IMG/VR virus record: IMGVR_UViG_3300025133_000082
Strand: one strand, 5' to 3'
Length of the DNA stretch: 64,000 nucleotides
DNA from: an uncultured virus (IMG/VR IMGVR_UViG_3300025133_000082)
Lineage: Duplodnaviria; Heunggongvirae; Uroviricota; Caudoviricetes
The position numbers and the translations under genes were made by a program. How positions within the stretch are numbered: position 1 is the stretch's first letter; each line of letters begins with the position of its first letter. This document shows positions 58,327 through 64,000 of the stretch, piece after piece. The notes beneath the pieces are model-generated. The model worked only from the letters and a program-made list of their open reading frames with translations, made no database searches and was not told the DNA's origin.

Positions 58327-61300
58327 CTATTGACCCATCATAGTATTGGGGTCAGTGAAGACATCCCAACCACCTTGTGGTTCTCCACCGATTGTTTGTC
58401 TTACGTCCTCAAGCTGTCTCTGAGACATATTCTTATCAAGATTTATTGTAACCTTTTGTTTATTATGTACGTTTGTAGTCTGCCCCTGCGGATTGGGGTT
58501 ACTCGTTGTAGAGGGTGTACTACTACCAACATTTATGCCCAATTTCTTAGACACCGCCACCTCTTTATCATCATCCCACCAACCCCCTAACCACGCCAGT
58601 CCCGCTACTAACCCTGCGATTAACCCGATAATTAGTATTATCGCCCCCGCTACTCCAAGAATCGGGGTTAAGAATCCCCACATAGCGACCGCACCCGCCC
58701 ATAATAAAGGAGCAACCATTGTAAGTAGAGGGAGTAATAGAGAGAGTCCCATAACCATATCAAAGATGGTCTTACCCCACCCCGACTCATCCGCTCCTGT
58801 ATAACTCATTATCCCGCCAATAGCGAGAAGTCCCATCTCTACTTTCATTAGTTTACCCCCTAGACTTGTAGAACCTCTACCCATTTTATTGAGTCCTGCG
58901 GTAAATCCTGCTTGTTTCATCCTTATACGTTCTAACGTTCTTCCCCAAAACCCAAGTGAAACGCCAGTCTTGCTAATGTCTTGGTCTACTCTCACAAGTG
59001 CGACATGAAGGGCATCATTATTACCCTTAACAGCCAACAATTTCAGTCTTAATTTATCCCATCCCGATGCGTTCTGAAACGTTGTTGTGGTAAGCATTCT
59101 TTGCGCCCCCGCTAAACGAGCCTCTGCCGAAGCGATCCGCGTAAACGTCCCCGTTACAGTAGAAGCCATCTTTTTCATTATAAAGACGATCATCATAATA
59201 ACCTTAAACCCCGCAAAGATACCCAAGACCCAACCTAAGATTACACCAAAGGTCGTTAAGGTTTTTGAGTTCTCATCTGCCGAAGCCCCAAAATATCCGA
59301 GTAAGTCTAAAACAATCCGAATAGGTAAGGTCAAAAGCATAAACACCTTATATAAACCGTCTAAGATTAAACCCATTGTTTTACCCATCGGCCCTAATGC
59401 CCCATCAACTACAATCTTTAGTCCGTTAAATATAGATTTTAATCTGTCTACTGTACTAACAATCTTATCACTCGATTCAGTAAAACCCGATTCTATTAAA
59501 CGATCTGTCCCCGCCTGCCCTATGATCTTCTCGTATGTTGTCATCTCCTTTGATAACTGCTTCAATCTTTCACCAATCTGTTTTTCCCGTACGAGATTCA
59601 TATCTGGATTTTGCTTTAATTTATTTTGTAATCTTGTACTCTCATCGTAAAGGTTTTTATAATTTGCGAGAATCTCCGCAGAACCTTTCTTCTTAAACGC
59701 ATCTTCCCCACTAAATAATAGTTTAAGAGCATAAGAGGCATCCATAGCCTTAGTCTTAATATCCCCTAAGAAGTTTGAAAACCCCTCCCCAATAGTCTCT
59801 GCATCACTGAAGTGCTTCATTAACGCCAACACTCCTAGACCCACGACAAACAAACCACCACTCATCAATAATAAAACGCGCACTGTTGGTGCTAAGAATA
59901 CTGTGTAGAAAGACTTCAGGATACCCGATAATCCTGTCACCGCGCCTCCCGCAACCTTCGCTGAATGCGCCAGAGCGATACTGAACGTAGCACTCGCAGT
60001 TAACGCGAAACCTAATCTAAACCCAATGTCTGTAGCTACCTGCATAGACCTACCTAATGCGCCTATAGTCGCTGTAAGACTTTTATTCTTACGCAACACT
60101 GAGGTCACTGTCCCTAACATCGCAGTGTATGTCTCAACTAAACCCTTAGTCATTACGTCTTGTTTCATTAACGTCTCTGATAACGCATCTTCCGCGCTCG
60201 ATAACACCTTTAACTTATTCTCTAAAGATTTTAACGCTTCCTCTTGTGCTTTTTTTAACTCGTCTTGGTCTTTACTGATCCCTACCACAAAATCTCTTAA
60301 CTTCTGCCCCCCTTTTGTCTCAAAATCAACCACCGCATTTAGAACAAACGCCCCTGCCTCTTGACCAAATGCTTGTTGAGCTATCGCTTTAGCCTCACCA
60401 GAACCCCTTTTTTTAATTAAGTTTTTATAAGAAGTTCTTAACTTCTCGATAAGTTCAGTAGCACCTAATTCTACGAACTTACCACTCTTTGTTCTCTTCA
60501 TTAATTGTCTCTTTAAAAACTCATCCTGTATTCTATTTAGCCCTGCGTCTACTAGACCATACTCTTTGGCTAACTCCTTTAATTTTTCCTTTCCTCCTTT
60601 TTTCCTCGCAACGCCAAAGAAATTCAAAAGATCTTGTCTCTTTAAAGAGAATCTCGGCTTCATTGTCCCTGAAGTCTTATGAGCATATAATTCACCCTTA
60701 CGCGCAGTGTTATACATACTCGCTATTGATCGCGTGAATTGTTCTACCTTCTGACCACTCTCCTTCGCGCCTAAACCCATCCGCCTCACAATCCCCACTA
60801 ACGCCATCATCTCCGCAGGTTTAGAGAGTATACCGTCACCCTGCTCAGTCTCCCCAAATCTAGTTTGCGCCCCCTTGAGACTACTCATAACACCTTCGAG
60901 ATCCTTAAAAGAAACCTTTGTCTTCTGAGTCATCCGTAACAACATCCCGAAGTTCTTTGCCGTATCGTTAACATTACCTCCCAAGGTAGTCATCTGGAGA
61001 TCCGCTAACTGTATCGCTTCTGTCAATCCTAACTGCCCCATAGAAGCAGTAGTTAATTGAAGAGTAGGGACTAACTGTTTCATCGCATCTTCTGCGGATC
61101 TACCACTCTGTATTAGACTAGAGAACGCATCCGCTACCTGCTTCTTCGTATACTCAGTAGTCTCCGCATACTGATTTATCCGCGTCTCAAAGTCTCGATA
61201 ACTCCCTAACTTAGCTACCATCGTAGTATCATCACTATTCTCCTCCCCCGCGATCCCCATAGTGATTCTTAACCGAACCATCGCAGATTGCGCTTGGATG

Positions 61301-61572
61301 AACTTCGTCTTCATCTTATCAAACACATTGTCTAAGGTCTGATTTACATTCATCAAATATGTTGATAACTGAACAAGACCCGCTTGCATATTCGCGAGTC
61401 CCTGATCACTAAGATTCTTAGCCCCGCTGTTCGTCTTCTTTGTCGTCTTTTGATTCTGGACAAGCCTCTTGTTCAGCCTATAAAAAGATCTCTCTACTCG
61501 ATGGAGTGACTTCTCTAACTGTTTCGAGTCTAAATTTACTGTAATTGTACTCGTAGAAGTTGATGTTGGCAT
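58327..61572 (-). CDS. tape measure protein
   Basis: 1081 aa helical; T.YT..QVA.A...L.QSG core; hydrophobic C-terminal segments; downstream of the tail chaperone. Confidence 0.92.
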   Translation of the reverse strand: MPTSTSTSTITVNLDSKQLEKSLHRVERSFYRLNKRLVQNQKTTKKTNSGAKNLSDQGLANMQAGLVQLSTYLMNVNQTLDNVFDKMKTKFIQAQSAMVRLRITMGIAGEENSDDTTMVAKLGSYRDFETRINQYAETTEYTKKQVADAFSSLIQSGRSAEDAMKQLVPTLQLTTASMGQLGLTEAIQLADLQMTTLGGNVNDTAKNFGMLLRMTQKTKVSFKDLEGVMSSLKGAQTRFGETEQGDGILSKPAEMMALVGIVRRMGLGAKESGQKVEQFTRSIASMYNTARKGELYAHKTSGTMKPRFSLKRQDLLNFFGVARKKGGKEKLKELAKEYGLVDAGLNRIQDEFLKRQLMKRTKSGKFVELGATELIEKLRTSYKNLIKKRGSGEAKAIAQQAFGQEAGAFVLNAVVDFETKGGQKLRDFVVGISKDQDELKKAQEEALKSLENKLKVLSSAEDALSETLMKQDVMTKGLVETYTAMLGTVTSVLRKNKSLTATIGALGRSMQVATDIGFRLGFALTASATFSIALAHSAKVAGGAVTGLSGILKSFYTVFLAPTVRVLLLMSGGLFVVGLGVLALMKHFSDAETIGEGFSNFLGDIKTKAMDASYALKLLFSGEDAFKKKGSAEILANYKNLYDESTRLQNKLKQNPDMNLVREKQIGERLKQLSKEMTTYEKIIGQAGTDRLIESGFTESSDKIVSTVDRLKSIFNGLKIVVDGALGPMGKTMGLILDGLYKVFMLLTLPIRIVLDLLGYFGASADENSKTLTTFGVILGWVLGIFAGFKVIMMIVFIMKKMASTVTGTFTRIASAEARLAGAQRMLTTTTFQNASGWDKLRLKLLAVKGNNDALHVALVRVDQDISKTGVSLGFWGRTLERIRMKQAGFTAGLNKMGRGSTSLGGKLMKVEMGLLAIGGIMSYTGADESGWGKTIFDMVMGLSLLLPLLTMVAPLLWAGAVAMWGFLTPILGVAGAIILIIGLIAGLVAGLAWLGGWWDDDKEVAVSKKLGINVGSSTPSTTSNPNPQGQTTNVHNKQKVTINLDKNMSQRQLEDVRQTIGGEPQGGWDVFTDPNTMMGQ

Positions 61573-61573
61573 G

Positions 61574-61801
61574 TCACTTTCTCCTATATGCTTCTCGCTC
61601 TTTGTCGATTATCTCTTCAAAGCACTCAACATACATCTCTCGTTGTCGCGTAGGTAGTGACAGTATATCATATTTAGTCCACCCCCATCTCTCTGCGAAG
61701 GCGACTATTGTCCTTACGAGTCCCTTCTCCGTAGTTTCCGCCCACTCTTCCCATTTCGCACACCCTTTCGGGTCTTGGGTGTGTCCGAACTGAAAAAACC
61801 C
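61574..61801 (-). CDS. -1 frameshift extension of the tail assembly chaperone (gpGT-like)
   Basis: Frame with no upstream in-frame start, open from the slippery site to TGA 61574: ...TIVAFAERWGWTKYDILSLPTRQREMYVE... Confidence 0.85.
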   Translation of the reverse strand, partial: GFFQFGHTQDPKGCAKWEEWAETTEKGLVRTIVAFAERWGWTKYDILSLPTRQREMYVECFEEIIDKEREAYRRK

Positions 61802-62544
61802 ATCAGACTTAACTCTCCCTCCTCTTCAGACTCACAGGACTCACACACAAACTCAATGTGCGTGTCTACGCCCACCTGCTCACGCATAATCAAATGTGCG
61901 AACATATTCCTGTCTCGCGAAGATAAACGCCTCACATCCTCAGTAGAAGGTGTAAATTCCATACCCTCGACCTTCCTGATACCACTAGTCAGCATCGAGG
62001 TCGCCATCTGGTTCTGAGCTACCCGCGCCAATAACTCCTGTGTCTTACCTGTGGGGAATGCCCATGTGATCTTATTGTGATACGTCTCTGTCTTCTCTTG
62101 ATAGAATCCACGAGGTAACTCAATCTCAACCTCTACAGGCGCATCCTCTTCCCACTCATAAACATCTAACTCCTTCAAATCAACGTTGATCTCGTTTGGA
62201 TGCCCACAACTACCACAACTGACATGAGAATCAAATCTCTCTTGGTTCGATAACATCTTGATAGATAACATTAAGAAGTCTCGGTCTGCGACAAACATCT
62301 GACGAACGATCTTCTCGTCAATCAATCCAAGTCGGTTTCTCTTCTTCTCTACCAAACCAGTGATCTCTTGAATACATCGCTGTAACAAGAGAGTCACTCC
62401 CTTAGCACTGTTATTCTTAACCTTCTTTGAGGTGAGGTTCTCTTCATCGACACCCGTCATCTCATCGATAACGACTTCTCGATAACGTACACCATCCACA
62501 TCTACCCCAATAGGTAGAATCACTTTTTCATTATAATTAAGCAT
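61714..62544 (-). CDS. tail assembly chaperone (gpG-like) with two CxxC motifs
   Basis: LPIG, EMTGVDEE, DRDFLM..I, CxxC, duplicated architecture; between tube and TMP. Confidence 0.85.
   Translation of the reverse strand: MLNYNEKVILPIGVDVDGVRYREVVIDEMTGVDEENLTSKKVKNNSAKGVTLLLQRCIQEITGLVEKKRNRLGLIDEKIVRQMFVADRDFLMLSIKMLSNQERFDSHVSCGSCGHPNEINVDLKELDVYEWEEDAPVEVEIELPRGFYQEKTETYHNKITWAFPTGKTQELLARVAQNQMATSMLTSGIRKVEGMEFTPSTEDVRRLSSRDRNMFAHLIMREQVGVDTHIEFVCESCESEEEGELSLMGFFSSDTPKTRKGVRNGKSGRKLRRRDS
61792..61801 (-). other. programmed -1 ribosomal frameshift slippery site
   Basis: ATG GGT TTT TTC contains in-phase heptamers G GGT TTT and T TTT TTC. Confidence 0.85.
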
Positions 62545-62577
62545 TTTTTAACCTGTTTTATGTCTTATGTTTTTTTC

Positions 62578-63072
62578 TTATTGAACTTTATTTGTCTCTT
62601 CAATCCCATGATGCTGAAGAACCAACGTGGAGATGACAACATCGTTTGAAGTAGCGTCAAAGTCACCAATACTATACTCACTAGGGAAAGCATCCTTGAG
62701 TTTATAAATCTTCACGATTTCTCCCTGCTTGTTAAAGAGATTAATGATGACATCCATACGATAACTATCTGGCCCAAAGTCAGCATGACCGCCATTTGGG
62801 GGATTTCCAGTAACACCAACAACATTAGTCACACGTTTAATCCATTGATTGAAATCATCGTCATAGGATACTCCACGCTCTAAAGTTACGGTGTCATAAG
62901 TAACCATACCAGCGAGTTTCTCGACCCTATCAAGGTTATTACCCTCTCGATAATCGACAACTTCAATGGAGGTCTTTAAGCCACTAACCTTTTGGAAAGA
63001 GGCTCTGGTAAACCCCTTACTCTCTACCGTAAATTTAAAACCTCTATAAATATCTTTCTCTAGGTTTCCCAT
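62578..63072 (-). CDS. tail tube protein (T4 gp19-like)
   Basis: FKF.VE, FQKVSGL, YREG, K..G...Y..VTLERG, AFP.......DA.SN.V. Confidence 0.93.
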   Translation of the reverse strand: MGNLEKDIYRGFKFTVESKGFTRASFQKVSGLKTSIEVVDYREGNNLDRVEKLAGMVTYDTVTLERGVSYDDDFNQWIKRVTNVVGVTGNPPNGGHADFGPDSYRMDVIINLFNKQGEIVKIYKLKDAFPSEYSIGDFDATSNDVVISTLVLQHHGIEETNKVQ

Positions 63073-63076
63073 CTTT

Positions 63077-64000
63077 CTACTCCTCTACGCTAGTTCCGCC
63101 AGTTTGTGACTGACTGAACTTGAAAATAATGAACTCGGCAGGACGAAGTAGCGCAACACCTACCTCTGCATTCATAATGCCCTGACGCATATCAGATGAT
63201 GAATTGTTTGTACCGTCAATCTTGACGTAGAAGGACTCTGCGTCAGAAGATCCCGCTAATTGACCCGTTCCCGCCAAACTACTGAGGAATGACTCTAGGA
63301 GGTTTGTCATCTCTCCCCAGATCACAGGCCCATTGTTCTTAAAGAGATAAGGCTTGGCGATGTTCTTTGCATTGTCTTCAATGAAGGTCATCATTCTACG
63401 AACATTGATGTAGGTGAAGTCCTCTTTTGATGAAAGCGTTCTCGCTCCAAGAGTAAGAACCCCTGACAAAGCACCATTCGCTTTAGCCATCAAACGGAGA
63501 CAGTTAATCCCCATAACATTCAATGAACCATGATCAGCGTCTGAGATCTCAGAACCTACTCCAACCACGCCCTTGATAAGACCAGACTCCCCATGCCCCG
63601 CAGGACTTGAAGAGATACCACCGAGTGGAGGACTCATTCCGTCAACGCGACTGTAAAGACCCGCGACTGCGCCTGAACAAGGGATTGTCTTTGTGACGTT
63701 ACTGTTTGGCTTCTTAACCTTAATATGAGGGAAGTACATAGCTCCCCAATAACTGTCAACACCGAGACTTCCTGCGCGATAATCCCCAACACTACCTCCG
63801 CCTGTTGCTTTACCCGTAAGACCCGCAGGAGTGTCCAAAATAGCGAACATATCCATTCGGTTTCCGCAGAACTCAAGCATACCCATTTGGAGATTAGGGA
63901 GCATCGCGGTGGTGATCTTCCCAGCACTGTCTGAAGGAGGGATTACCAAGAGATTCGCCTTCTTAGGACTTAAAGAATCAATCCCTCGACCATCACTGTC
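63077..64000 (-). CDS. tail sheath protein, C-terminal part (5' end beyond the window)
   Basis: FAILD.P, AMYFP, P.SG.VAG.Y.R.D, LN..GINC, GARTL, YINVRR, RPAEFIIF. Confidence 0.95.
   Translation of the reverse strand, partial: DSDGRGIDSLSPKKANLLVIPPSDSAGKITTAMLPNLQMGMLEFCGNRMDMFAILDTPAGLTGKATGGGSVGDYRAGSLGVDSYWGAMYFPHIKVKKPNSNVTKTIPCSGAVAGLYSRVDGMSPPLGGISSSPAGHGESGLIKGVVGVGSEISDADHGSLNVMGINCLRLMAKANGALSGVLTLGARTLSSKEDFTYINVRRMMTFIEDNAKNIAKPYLFKNNGPVIWGEMTNLLESFLSSLAGTGQLAGSSDAESFYVKIDGTNNSSSDMRQGIMNAEVGVALLRPAEFIIFKFSQSQTGGTSVEE

Noticed and set aside
8450..63934. Numerous plus-strand ORFs opposite long minus-strand genes
   Set aside because: Antisense shadows of well-supported genes, with no motifs or SD support.
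1..64000. Stop-codon reassignment, tRNA genes or integrase
   Set aside because: Genes are full length under the standard code with TAA, TAG and TGA all used as stops; no cloverleaf or recombinase motif was recognised by eye.

Overview
64 kb of a dsDNA tailed bacteriophage with a contractile (myovirus-type, eCIS-related) tail; almost all genes are on the minus strand. Left to right: a G-rich tandem repeat and small early-type ORFs (1-4.3 kb); an AT-rich non-coding divergence region (4.3-5.07 kb); nucleotide metabolism and accessory genes (deoxynucleoside kinase, dCMP deaminase, SNF2 helicase, PhoH, ThyX, metallophosphoesterase, class II RNR, a degenerate TGT/DpdA-like + QueD-like pair, SpoVS); recombination and replication genes (UvsY-like, Cas4-like nuclease, ParB, resolvase, RecA, SF2 helicase, PolA, SSB, primase, DnaB, DnaC, initiator); then collagen/beta-helix tail fibres, a holin-spanin cassette, baseplate, tape measure, tail chaperone, tube and a truncated sheath. 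No head or terminase genes, tRNAs or CRISPR arrays were recognised. The most striking unexplained signal is an asymmetric 13-18 bp site, GACTTTTCAACAA(CTTTT), found 11 times across the window in both orientations, in genes and intergenic gaps, including just upstream of parB: a candidate distributed parS-like or operator system. Other highlights: a membrane-anchored class III nucleotide cyclase-like gene inside the baseplate operon, a clear -1 frameshift in the tail chaperone, duplicated fibre-associated genes with near-identical 5' ends, and unannotated micropeptides. All calls come from reading motifs by eye; no database search was run.
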